The notes: generated from the sequence alone by a model not told the origin. Shown: positions 41,211 through 50,040, counted from the stretch's first letter. The stretch: DNA of 64,000 nucleotides from an uncultured delta proteobacterium (GCA_963826785.1 CAWGYD010000004.1:192001-256000), one strand, 5' to 3'. Numbers and translations: made by a program.

Positions 41211-43124
41211 ATGATCAACATTACGTTCCCGGACGGGAATATCAAACAGTATGAAGCACCGCCGGACGGCCTGACGGTGGCCAGATCCATATCGGAAAAT
41301 TTTGCCAGAAACTGCGTGGCCATGGAGATGGATGGAACGGTGAAAGACCTGTCCACCCTGGTGGACCACGATACGGGCATCCGGTTTATCACCACCAGCG
41401 ACCCGGAAGGCCTTGAAATCATGCGCCACAGTGCCGCCCATGTCATGGCCCAGGCGATTACCCGTTTGTATCCGGAGGCCAAACTCACCATCGGGCCGGT
41501 GGTGGAGGACGGATTTTATTACGATTTTGACATGGAGCCGATCTCGGAAGAAGATTTCGAAAAGATCGAGGCGGAAATCAAAAAGATCGTCAAGGCGAAG
41601 CTTCCCATCCGCCGGGAGGAGGTTTCAAAGGCCCGGGCGCTGGAGTTCTATAAGGAAGAGCCCTACAAGACCGAGATGATCGCCGACCTGGAAGACGGCA
41701 CCATATCATTTTATTCCCAGGATGGATTCACCGATCTGTGCCGGGGGCCGCATGTCCCCGACACCGGGTATATCCGGGCATTCAAATTGATGAAGGTATC
41801 CGGGGCCTACTGGCGGGGCGATTCCAACCGGCAGCAGCTCCAGCGCATTTACGGTACTGCTTTTTTCGACAAGAAGGATCTTAAAAATTATTTAAACTTC
41901 CTGGAAGAGGCCAAAAAACGTGACCATCGCAAGATCGGGACCGCTTTGGAACTCTTTGCCTTTTTCGATGAAGCCCCGGGGATGGCTTTTTTTGAAGCCA
42001 ATGGGATGGAGTTGTGGAACGCGCTGCTGGATTACTGGCGGGAGGAGCACCGGGCCGCGGGATACGTGGAGATCAAAACCCCGGTGATCTTGAACCGGAG
42101 CCTGTGGGAAAAAAGCGGACATTGGGAGAACTACCGGGAAAACATGTATACCCTGGTCATCGATGAGACCGAATCGGCCATCAAGCCGATGAACTGCCCG
42201 GGCGGTTTTCTGCTGTTCAAGCGGCGCCGGCATTCTTACAAGGACCTGCCCATCCGGGCGGCGGAAGTCGGGCTGGTCCACCGGCATGAACTCAGCGGTG
42301 TGCTGTCCGGCCTGTTCCGGGTACGCGCCTTTCACCAGGACGATGCCCACATTTTCATGACCCCGGACATGATCCAGCAGGAGATCCTGGGGGTGCTCAA
42401 GCTGGTGGAGCGGATATACTCCACCTTCGGTCTGGGGTTTAACCTGGAACTGTCCACCCGCCCGGAAAAATCCATCGGAACCGATGAGCAGTGGGAGAAA
42501 GCCACCGGGGGGCTGACCGGCGCCCTGGATGAATACGGGGCTGAATACAAAATCAACGAAGGGGACGGCGCCTTTTACGGGCCAAAGATCGATATTCACA
42601 TCAAGGACGCCATCGGACGGACCTGGCAGTGCGGCACCATCCAGCTGGACATGGCCATGCCGGAGCGGTTCGATCTCTCCTATGTGGGGGAAGACAATGA
42701 AAAGCATCGGCCCGTGATGATCCATCGGGTGGTGTACGGCTCCATCGAGCGATTTCTGGGCATTCTGATCGAACATTTTGCGGGCAAGTTCCCTTTATGG
42801 CTGTCTCCTGTGCAGGCGGTCATTCTGCCCATCAATGATTCACTGATCCCTTATGCGCAAGAGGTGAACCTGGCCTTTGCCGCCGCCGGCCTGCGCGCAA
42901 GGGTGGATGACCGGACCGAGAGCCTCAACAAGAAGGTCCGGGAAGCCCAGCTCAAGCAGATTCCGCTGATCATCACCGTGGGGGAGAAGGAAAAAAGCGC
43001 AGGAACTCTTGCCATCCGGACCTTGGACGGCCAGGTGCACTACGGCGTCGATCGCAACACCTTCATCAACGCGGCCGTGGCCAATATCTGCGCCCGGAAG
43101 CTGGAACTTGATCTTTTCGATTGA
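41211..43124 (+). CDS. thrS: Threonine--tRNA ligase
   Basis: RHSAAH, GFYYD, DLCRGPH, RDHRKIG, KPMNCPG, QDDAH, GAFYGPKID, WQCGTIQLD, PVMIHR. Confidence 0.98.
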   Translation: MINITFPDGNIKQYEAPPDGLTVARSISENFARNCVAMEMDGTVKDLSTLVDHDTGIRFITTSDPEGLEIMRHSAAHVMAQAITRLYPEAKLTIGPVVEDGFYYDFDMEPISEEDFEKIEAEIKKIVKAKLPIRREEVSKARALEFYKEEPYKTEMIADLEDGTISFYSQDGFTDLCRGPHVPDTGYIRAFKLMKVSGAYWRGDSNRQQLQRIYGTAFFDKKDLKNYLNFLEEAKKRDHRKIGTALELFAFFDEAPGMAFFEANGMELWNALLDYWREEHRAAGYVEIKTPVILNRSLWEKSGHWENYRENMYTLVIDETESAIKPMNCPGGFLLFKRRRHSYKDLPIRAAEVGLVHRHELSGVLSGLFRVRAFHQDDAHIFMTPDMIQQEILGVLKLVERIYSTFGLGFNLELSTRPEKSIGTDEQWEKATGGLTGALDEYGAEYKINEGDGAFYGPKIDIHIKDAIGRTWQCGTIQLDMAMPERFDLSYVGEDNEKHRPVMIHRVVYGSIERFLGILIEHFAGKFPLWLSPVQAVILPINDSLIPYAQEVNLAFAAAGLRARVDDRTESLNKKVREAQLKQIPLIITVGEKEKSAGTLAIRTLDGQVHYGVDRNTFINAAVANICARKLELDLFD

Positions 43125-43148
43125 TTTTTAAGAATTGGACAAAAACAT

Positions 43149-43188
43149 AAAAACCCGACGGGGAAAAACCTGCCGGGTTTTTTTGTTT
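43149..43188 (+). terminator. Intrinsic terminator after thrS
   Basis: AAAAACCCGACGGG-loop-CCTGCCGGGTTTTTT. Confidence 0.7.
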
Positions 43189-43224
43189 TGCTGATTCGAT
43201 CACAGGGGTGGAGGCATTGAATGA

Positions 43225-43903
43225 ATGAAGGACTGCCGCCGCAAGAATTATTCGATGAGAGCGGCCGAAGTTCCCGCAGCGGCATTTCGGGCCATTGACG
43301 CATACCGGGTCGATGACCTTCTCATGGAGAAACAGCGGGTTCGGCTGGTGCTGCTGCTGGAGTCGCCCTATCAGGCGGAAATCCGCCACAGGCATCCCCT
43401 GGCCGGAGCCTCGGGTGTCAGCGCGATAAAATTTTTGATCAGCCATGTTCACGCGGTTTGGTGCCTGGGATCCTACAATCCCTCTGGGGTGCCAGATCAT
43501 CGGTCGAGAAGAGGCCCGCATCGGCGTGATGAACTGCGCCAATTACCCGCTGGATCGTGGCGTGTACCGTCCGGAAGAGGCGGTATCCGCTGCAGACCTG
43601 GTGGAAGGGCTGAACCTGATCCGAAAGGCCCCCGGAACGATGCGGCGAAAGCAGCCTTTTCACCAGCGGCTCGAAGATGACTTGATCAAAGATCTTAAAG
43701 GCCGCCTTAAATCCATTCCGGAATCGGCGTTAGTGGTCCCCTGCGGGGAGGCGGCCCGGCGGTTTATCGAAAAATGCGGATTTGGCGGCATCCCTCTGTA
43801 TCCTCAAAAAGTTCCACATCCATCCCGCAACCAGTGGTTCATGGAAAACAGATTTTCGGACAGGGAAGCCTTCATCCAGACCCTCAACGAGCGGCTTCAA
43901 TAA
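43225..43903 (+). CDS. Uracil-DNA glycosylase-superfamily-like protein, frameshift near 43450
   Basis: LVLLLESPY..E...PLAGASG in ORF 43225 joins IGVMNC..YPL, LVVPCGEAA, VPHPSR in ORF 43445; start uncertain. Confidence 0.5.
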
Positions 43904-43905
43904 AA

Positions 43906-44667
43906 ATGCGCCCAGCCAAACGTTTGAAGATGAATCTGCCGGCCCTGGTCCTCATGATAACGGCTGTATGGCCGTCCCCCGTATCCGATGCCCTTCCGGC
44001 CCAATCCGGCCGGCAATGTGTAATCCTGCTGCACGGACTGGCCCGCACCGAAAAATCGATGGACGAAATGGCCGTCCGGCTGAGGGGGGAAGGCTATTTC
44101 GTCTTAAACAAAAAATATCCCTCCCGCACGCAGACCATCGAGGAACTGGCCGAAACCGTGATCCCGGAAGCGCTTTTGGCCTGCCGCACCCGGGGAGCCG
44201 AAAAAATCCACTTTGTCACCCACTCCATGGGCGGGATCCTGGTCCGCTGCTATTTAAAATACCACCGGATTTCCGAACTGGGCCGGGTGGTGATGCTCAG
44301 CCCGCCCAACCAGGGAAGCGAAGTGGTGGACAAGCTGGGGAGGTTCTATTTTTTTAAACGGTTTAACGGCCCTGCCGGCGCTCAGCTTTCCACCGCTTCC
44401 GACAGCCTCCCCATGCGCCTGGGTCCGGTGGATTTCGACCTGGGCGTCATCACCGGCGACCGCTCCGTCAACCTGATCCTGTCCCTGCTGATCCCCGGTC
44501 CCGATGACGGAAAAGTGTCGGTCAAACGCGCCCGGGTGGAAGGCATGCGCGATTTCATGGTTGTCCACGCCACCCATCCCTTCATCATGAGAAACGAAAC
44601 GGTTATCGGCCAGACGATTAATTACCTGAAAAAAGGCGCATTCCGGCACAATTTGAATACGGAATGA
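43906..44667 (+). CDS. Secreted alpha/beta hydrolase (esterase/lipase-like)
   Basis: VILLHGLAR, THSMGG, PPNQGS, DDGKV, H.FIM; signal-like N-terminus. Confidence 0.85.
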   Translation: MRPAKRLKMNLPALVLMITAVWPSPVSDALPAQSGRQCVILLHGLARTEKSMDEMAVRLRGEGYFVLNKKYPSRTQTIEELAETVIPEALLACRTRGAEKIHFVTHSMGGILVRCYLKYHRISELGRVVMLSPPNQGSEVVDKLGRFYFFKRFNGPAGAQLSTASDSLPMRLGPVDFDLGVITGDRSVNLILSLLIPGPDDGKVSVKRARVEGMRDFMVVHATHPFIMRNETVIGQTINYLKKGAFRHNLNTE

Positions 44668-44693
44668 CCCGATTGATATCCGTTTAATTCTGG

Positions 44694-45440
44694 AATTATG
44701 GGGACACAATACTTTAAATTCCATTGATCCTGCCATGTTCATTGACATGGCACGTATGGCGAGATTGGTAGCAGTCGGTTATCCCCATCACATTACGCAA
44801 CGGTGAAATCGAAGGCGGCAGGCCTTCTTTAATGATGGCGACTATCAGGCCTAAATTGATTTAATGGCGGAATGGTGTGGCCGTTGTGAAGTTGAAATAT
44901 TGGGTTTCTGCCTGATGCCAAATCATATCCATCTGATCGCCGTTCCAACCAAGACTGATAATTTGAGAACCGCCATCGGCGAACTGCATCGTCGTTATTC
45001 ACGCATGATTAATTTTCGGAAGGGATGGCGGGGGTATTTATGGCAAGGCCGCTTTTCATCTTTTATCATGGATGAAAGATATTTACTGGTAGCGGTTCGC
45101 TTTATTGAGCTTAATTCGGTCAGGGCAAGGCTGTTAACCGATCCAGGAGATTAGAAATGGAGTAGTTGCAGTGCCCATTTGGCAGGAAAAGATGACAAAC
45201 TCGTAAAGGTCGCTCCATTGTTGGGCATGATTCATTCTTGGTCTGATTTCGTTAAGACGCCTGTTACCGAGACTGAAATGGAGGGCATCAGCAAACACGA
45301 GCGAACCGGCCGACCGCTTGGCAGCGATCATTTTATTGATATACTTGAAACCACGACCGGACTTATGCTTCGAAAGAAGAAAACCGGCCCTAATGGACCA
45401 ACAAAGAATATACAATAATTTAGTATTATGCCCCTAAAAT
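44694..45440. mobile_element. Decayed RAYT element with imperfect inverted ends
   Basis: Left AATTATGGGGACACAATACTTTAAATT versus reverse complement of right end ATTTTAGGGGCATAATACTAAATT. Confidence 0.55.
44747..45418 (+). pseudogene. REP-associated (Y1/HUH) tyrosine transposase, three in-frame stops
   Basis: MARMARLV...PHHITQR*NRR, CLMPNHIHLI, GYLWQGRF.S, FIELNSVRA, *KWSS, TGRPLG; stops at 44804 (TGA), 44852 (TAA), 45152 (TAG). Confidence 0.88.
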
Positions 45441-45486
45441 AGAGCCCAAAATAACTCAGAATTCATAGCCGGGATTCTGGGGAAAT

Positions 45487-45711
45487 TTATGAATTTAAAA
45501 ATTCGTCCGGTTCAATTCCGGCTTGTTTGAGAACAGCATTTAACGTCCCCTCAGGCATATCGCCGGGATGATGAGGGATTGTTGTATACCGGTTTATCTG
45601 TGCATTGTACCAGATTTCATGACTGCCGGCTGCCTGACGATCAAAAGTAAATCCAAATTTTTTCAACCTCTTTATGATCTCCCGATATCGAAAACCGCCC
45701 AGGCGTCCCAT
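45487..45711 (-). CDS. hicA: HicA-family toxin
   Basis: REIIKRLKKFGF...GSHEIW...TIPHH..D.PEGTLNAVLKQAG. Confidence 0.88.
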   Translation of the reverse strand: MGRLGGFRYREIIKRLKKFGFTFDRQAAGSHEIWYNAQINRYTTIPHHPGDMPEGTLNAVLKQAGIEPDEFLNS

Positions 45712-45713
45712 GG

Positions 45714-45944
45714 TCAAGCGTTTACAATGAGAGGGTAGTCAAATGAATCATCCAGAGCGGATAATTTGATGTTCCCCGAACGTTCAACCTGGGCCTCAAT
45801 CAGCTTCCGAGCAACATCTCTTGCGATCTCCAAAGTTTCAGTAATGGTACGGCCTTGGGCGACAAGCCCCTGCACGTCTTCAGAGGTTGCCAAATAAATG
45901 TCTTCTGATAATTTTTCAATATGTAAGTTAATGATTTTTTCCAT
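45714..45944 (-). CDS. hicB: HicB-like antitoxin (short)
   Basis: 76 aa, YLATSEDVQGLVAQGRTITETLE.ARD RNase H-like HicB N-domain. Confidence 0.8.
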   Translation of the reverse strand: MEKIINLHIEKLSEDIYLATSEDVQGLVAQGRTITETLEIARDVARKLIEAQVERSGNIKLSALDDSFDYPLIVNA

Positions 45945-46161
45945 GTCGCTATCCTGTTCTGTTTTAAGAGTGCTTTAGCCAAACTTAGCAATTGTTTTGG
46001 CTTAAAGCAAGATGGCTTTGTGGTGCGTTTGGGGTAGGGATGGTCATGAATAAAAGCGTTAATCCGGCTCTTTGAGTGGAATTCCGGGGACAGTATATGC
46101 GTTATTTGTCAATTTGTTTTCACCAAGGAAGCGGGCGCAATAAAGGGCGGAAACTGTTCTC

Positions 46162-46403
46162 CTATTTGAGATGAGACTTCCATGTGCTTTGTAATGGGTC
46201 ATGCATCACCACCATCCGGCCCGGCCATTGATTAGCGGCCCGGTAATTTAAGACCTGTAAAATTCATTAATGGATTTTGACCCGGGAAGGTTGTTTCAGG
46301 CGGATGATCAAAAGGCCGTAATGCCGCTCGTCTCTATACTCGGCAAAAACCTTATCCGTCGAGAGGAAGAGATTATCGCGAAAACGACGGTCTTGTTGTC
46401 GCA
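46162..46403 (-). pseudogene. Remnant of a DUF5615 PIN-like toxin
   Basis: Manual translation: LFLSTDKVFAEYRDERHYGLLIIRLKQPSRVKIH**ILQVL...WPGRMVVMHD..QSTW; N-terminal half missing. Confidence 0.55.
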
Positions 46404-46792
46404 TCCAATTTCAGGCTCAAACCCCTCCAATCCAGAATTTTCTGGTCCGCGGTGGCCAATGTAGATGAAGATTGGAGTGCTGTGGCAACGATCAAGCGGT
46501 CTGCCGGGTCCCCGTGAAAATCCCGCAATTCAGCTGCCCTGACCGCAATGGCACCATCTACGGGTATTTCGAATAAGCCGTTTTCAATCAATTCCCTGCG
46601 CCAGACATCCATTTCCAAATGCATGGCCAGTCTCTTTTTTTGAACGAGCATGGAAATTTCCCAGAAACTGATGGCAGAAACCGCAAGATTGCCGGCGGCA
46701 AATTCCTCATTGATGAATCGCAATGCTTTTTGGCCCAAACGGGCATTGCCCTCGTCCAACCAGACCAGAACATGTGTATCCAGAAGCATCAT
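46373..46792 (-). CDS. vapC: VapC PIN-domain toxin
   Basis: LLDTHVLVW, VSAISFWEI, HGDPADRLIVATA, TAD. Confidence 0.92.
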   Translation of the reverse strand: MMLLDTHVLVWLDEGNARLGQKALRFINEEFAAGNLAVSAISFWEISMLVQKKRLAMHLEMDVWRRELIENGLFEIPVDGAIAVRAAELRDFHGDPADRLIVATALQSSSTLATADQKILDWRGLSLKLDATTRPSFSR

Positions 46793-47016
46793 TGTTCAGC
46801 GTCCCATGTGATATCAAGCTGGTCGATCAGATCATCATGGCTTTGTATCCTGCCCTGGTGCAGCCCGAACAGGCTTTTGGGACGCGATTTATAGGGGACG
46901 AGCTTTGAAATAGGCTTGCCGTTTTTCAGAATCACGATTTCTTCACCGGTCTGGTTGACCTCTTCCATTAATTTAAGGCACTTGGCTTTAAATACAGATG
47001 CGTTTATGGTTTGCAT
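46789..47016 (-). CDS. Phd/YefM-family antitoxin
   Basis: INASVFKAKCLKLMEEV..TGEEIVILKNGKPISKLVP; 4-nt overlap with vapC. Confidence 0.9.
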   Translation of the reverse strand: MQTINASVFKAKCLKLMEEVNQTGEEIVILKNGKPISKLVPYKSRPKSLFGLHQGRIQSHDDLIDQLDITWDAEQ

Positions 47017-47039
47017 ATTCAGACTCCTTATGGCTTATC

Positions 47040-47070
47040 TGACTATAGTCATTTCCATGGTCAATATCAA
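47040..47070 (-). promoter_or_regulatory. vapBC promoter with palindromic autorepression operator
   Basis: TTGATA-17-TATAGT; perfect palindrome TGACTATAGTCA (47040-47051) covers the -10. Confidence 0.7.
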
Positions 47071-47292
47071 CGGAAAAGTGCAATACATCTAAAATAATTC
47101 AGGCGGAAAGATGTGCCCTTTTGATAATAAAGGGGCATGACGGATGCACTATTTTGGCCACTTCTGTCTTCTAAAAGATACATTCTCTCCTTTTTTCATC
47201 ATCAGCAAATGACTTCCCATTTTGATTATTTTATTCCAATATCAAACATTTATATCTAAAAGACAACCCGCCCGATGCATTTTTTTCTTGAC

Positions 47293-47308
47293 TGGCATAT
47301 GAAATGCT
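47293..47308 (+). promoter_or_regulatory. sigma54-type -24/-12 promoter upstream of the multiheme cytochrome
   Basis: TGGCAT-ATGAA-ATGCT with exact GG-N10-GC spacing, about 95 nt before the ATG. Confidence 0.55.
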
Positions 47309-47401
47309 ATAAATTGCACCACTGTGTGGTAGTACCACGAAGTGGCAGTTTGAATTCCAAGCTGCGGCACCTTTCCAAAAAGTCTAAAACAGACGGAGCA
47401 A

Positions 47402-49825
47402 ATGATGAAAAATTTTATTTTCACCATAGCAGCAATCCTTCTATTCGCCGGGTGTGTCCATGCAGGATCCAGGGAGACTGACCTGACGGTAACACCCGAT
47501 CCCGTGTCCGTGGGCCAGCAGGTCCATTTCACCTGTAATTCCAACGGAGGCTGGAAAAAGGGCCAGTTCGAAACGGCTCAGATCACCATCCGGGATGCAG
47601 CCAATCGCATCATTGTCAACAGGGCCGATATGGCGGTAAGCGGTACATCCGCATCATATGATTTAACCCTCGATTCCGGCGCCGTTACCGGCACCTGGCA
47701 GTTTCAGTGCTTTCTCAGTGACGGCCCCCATTCGCAAACCCGGTCCGGTTCTTTTACGGTCGTGGCGTCCGAGGACCCGGTCAACCACGCGCCGTCGGTC
47801 GATGCAGGCGGGCCGTACAACGGCACACCGGGCCAGGCGGTCAGCTTCGACGGTTCGGGCAGCAGTGATCCGGACGGTGATGCATTGACCTATCACTGGA
47901 CCTTCGGTGACGGGGGATCGGCAAACGGTCCCACTCCCAGCCATGCGTATGCGGCGGCCGGAACCTACGCCGTGACCTTGAGTGTCAGTGACGGGAAGGG
48001 CGGCACGGATTCCAGCCAGACCCGTGCGGACATTGCCGCCATTGCCGTCAACCATCTGCCGGTGGCCGTTTCCGGCGGTCCCTACAGCGGCATGGAGAAT
48101 CTCGCCATTCAATTCGATGGCTCCTTTTCGAGTGATCCGGACGGCGATCCGATGACCTTTGCCTGGGATTTCGGCGACGGGGGATCGGCAAACGGCCCCA
48201 CTCCCAGCCATACATACGCCGCACCCGGGACCTACACGGTCATCCTGACCGTCAACGACGGGAAAGGGGGGACGGATTCCCATCAGACGAGTGCCGCCAT
48301 AACTGCCTCGGGCGGGGATGACGGCCTGGCCGCGCATCTGTCCATTCAGGCGTACAACGGACCGTCCACCTGCATCACCTGCCACCCCGCCGAAGCGCAG
48401 GAAATGCTCGACAGCCTGCACATGCAGTGGGCCGGTCCCACCCCCGAGCTTTCCAACACCAATGGCGGGGAAAAAGGCAAGGGCGTGGACGGCATCAACA
48501 CCTTCTGCACCTATGCCATGTCGTCCAAGAGCGCCTGCTTCACCTGCCATGTCCGCTCCGACGGCAATGCTTCCCATGCCCCGGATGTAAATGATGTGGA
48601 CTGCCTGATGTGCCACAATGACACCTACCAGCGAAAATTCGTGCTCGATCCCATGAATTCGGAAACCGTGGTCAACGTGCTCGGCGAAACCAAGACCTAC
48701 ATGTTCGGCAAAGTCGATTCATATGGGGACTACCTGACCGAACCCGACTTTTCCGCCATGCCGGCGGGGACCACCATGGTGGGTCTTGCCCAAAACGTCC
48801 ACCTGCCCACCCGGCAGTCCTGCCTTCGCTGCCATGCCAAGGCCGGCGGCGGGGACTGGACCAAGCGGGGCGACATGGGGGTCAATTCCGCCAGCCCGAC
48901 CCTGGCCCAGGATGTGCACATGAGTCCGGCCGGGGCGAACCTGTCCTGCGCGGACTGCCATTCCGCCGGCAATCACAAGATCGGCGGCCGGGGGATCGAT
49001 CTTCGGGAAACCGAGGCCCCGGACCCGGCGTGCAGCAACTGCCATTCCTCATCCCCCCATTCCAGTTCCACCTTGAACCGCCATGCCAGCGGCCAGGTGG
49101 CCTGCCAGGTGTGCCACATCCTCGAGTTCGCGAAGGGCGGCGCCACCGAGATGTCCCGGGACTTCCGGGAACCGCACTGGAATGCCGGTTTTTGCAATGG
49201 CCAGGGTGGGTTTGTGGGCCATGAGATCAAATCCGGAAATGAAAAGCCGGATTACCGGTGGTTTGACGGCACCTCCTATGTGTACAACGTGGGGGACGCC
49301 ATTTCACCCAATGCAGACGGCACCTACACCATGGCCAGGGCCAACGGAAAGATATTTGACGGCAATTCCAAAATCGTCCCCATCAAGGACCACTGGTCCG
49401 TGATGCCGCTGAGCGATTCGGGCAAGATCGTTGCGCCGAAAATCATGACCATGTTCATGACGGGCGACTACGACAAGGCGGTACAGGACGGTATGAAGGA
49501 GCAGAACATGACGGGCGGCTACACCATGGTCCATGCCGATGCCGAAATGCTGATCACCCACGGTGTTGAACCCAAATCGAACGCCCCGTCGTGCAGCACC
49601 TGCCATGACAACACCGGAAATTCCAACCGGATGATCCCGTTTGGCGATCTGGGTTATCACAACGTGCCGGATGCGGTCCAAAACTGCACCCGGTGCCATG
49701 AACGGCACGATGGCAGCTGGCAGTCCGTGCATGACCGGCATGTGGGGTCCATGCATCTGGATTGCACCTACTGCCACATCGATCCCGCCACCGGCACCGT
49801 CAAGCCGGCCATCCATGACGACTGA
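47402..49825 (+). CDS. Decaheme c-type cytochrome: OTR (octaheme tetrathionate reductase)-family core with N-terminal Ig-like and two PKD domains
   Basis: Ten CxxCH (CITCH, CFTCH, CLMCH, CLRCH, CADCH, CSNCH, CQVCH, CSTCH, CTRCH, CTYCH); INTFC, GGGD..KRGD, DVHM, VACQ.CHI, P.YRWF.G, HGV.PK motifs; FDGS.SSDPDGD...W.FGDG PKD repeats; signal peptide with LLFAGC. Confidence 0.85.
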   Translation: MMKNFIFTIAAILLFAGCVHAGSRETDLTVTPDPVSVGQQVHFTCNSNGGWKKGQFETAQITIRDAANRIIVNRADMAVSGTSASYDLTLDSGAVTGTWQFQCFLSDGPHSQTRSGSFTVVASEDPVNHAPSVDAGGPYNGTPGQAVSFDGSGSSDPDGDALTYHWTFGDGGSANGPTPSHAYAAAGTYAVTLSVSDGKGGTDSSQTRADIAAIAVNHLPVAVSGGPYSGMENLAIQFDGSFSSDPDGDPMTFAWDFGDGGSANGPTPSHTYAAPGTYTVILTVNDGKGGTDSHQTSAAITASGGDDGLAAHLSIQAYNGPSTCITCHPAEAQEMLDSLHMQWAGPTPELSNTNGGEKGKGVDGINTFCTYAMSSKSACFTCHVRSDGNASHAPDVNDVDCLMCHNDTYQRKFVLDPMNSETVVNVLGETKTYMFGKVDSYGDYLTEPDFSAMPAGTTMVGLAQNVHLPTRQSCLRCHAKAGGGDWTKRGDMGVNSASPTLAQDVHMSPAGANLSCADCHSAGNHKIGGRGIDLRETEAPDPACSNCHSSSPHSSSTLNRHASGQVACQVCHILEFAKGGATEMSRDFREPHWNAGFCNGQGGFVGHEIKSGNEKPDYRWFDGTSYVYNVGDAISPNADGTYTMARANGKIFDGNSKIVPIKDHWSVMPLSDSGKIVAPKIMTMFMTGDYDKAVQDGMKEQNMTGGYTMVHADAEMLITHGVEPKSNAPSCSTCHDNTGNSNRMIPFGDLGYHNVPDAVQNCTRCHERHDGSWQSVHDRHVGSMHLDCTYCHIDPATGTVKPAIHDD
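47780..48300 (+). repeat. Tandem 267-bp PKD-domain duplication
   Basis: Near-identical blocks, e.g. TTCGG(T/C)GACGGGGGATCGGCAAACGG(T/C)CCCACTCCCAGCCAT; units start at 47780 and 48047. Confidence 0.8.
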
Positions 49826-49856
49826 TCCGGTGTAGCAAACCACCGGAAGAAAAAAT

Positions 49857-49896
49857 GCAAAACAGGATGCTTCCGCAAGGAGGCATCCTGTTTTGC
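49857..49896 (+). terminator. Terminator hairpin after the cytochrome
   Basis: GCAAAACAGGATGCTTCC-GCAA-GGAGGCATCCTGTTTTGC. Confidence 0.75.
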
Positions 49897-50040
49897 GTGG
49901 TAACGCCTGATTCCGGCACTGAAATACATTATTCCCATTTGCCAAATGCGGGATTTCCCGTATTTGCGCTTCAAGGAAAGCAAGCTATTGTTTCTCGGAT
50001 AAATCTTAAAAATATCGAAATGTTGTCAAAAGGAGCGGCA

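Noticed and set aside
44747..45418. TGA at a conserved Gly position in the RAYT suggesting recoding (TGA=Gly or Sec)
   Set aside because: The same frame also has TAA and TAG stops, and TGA terminates many normal genes in the window; simple pseudogenisation
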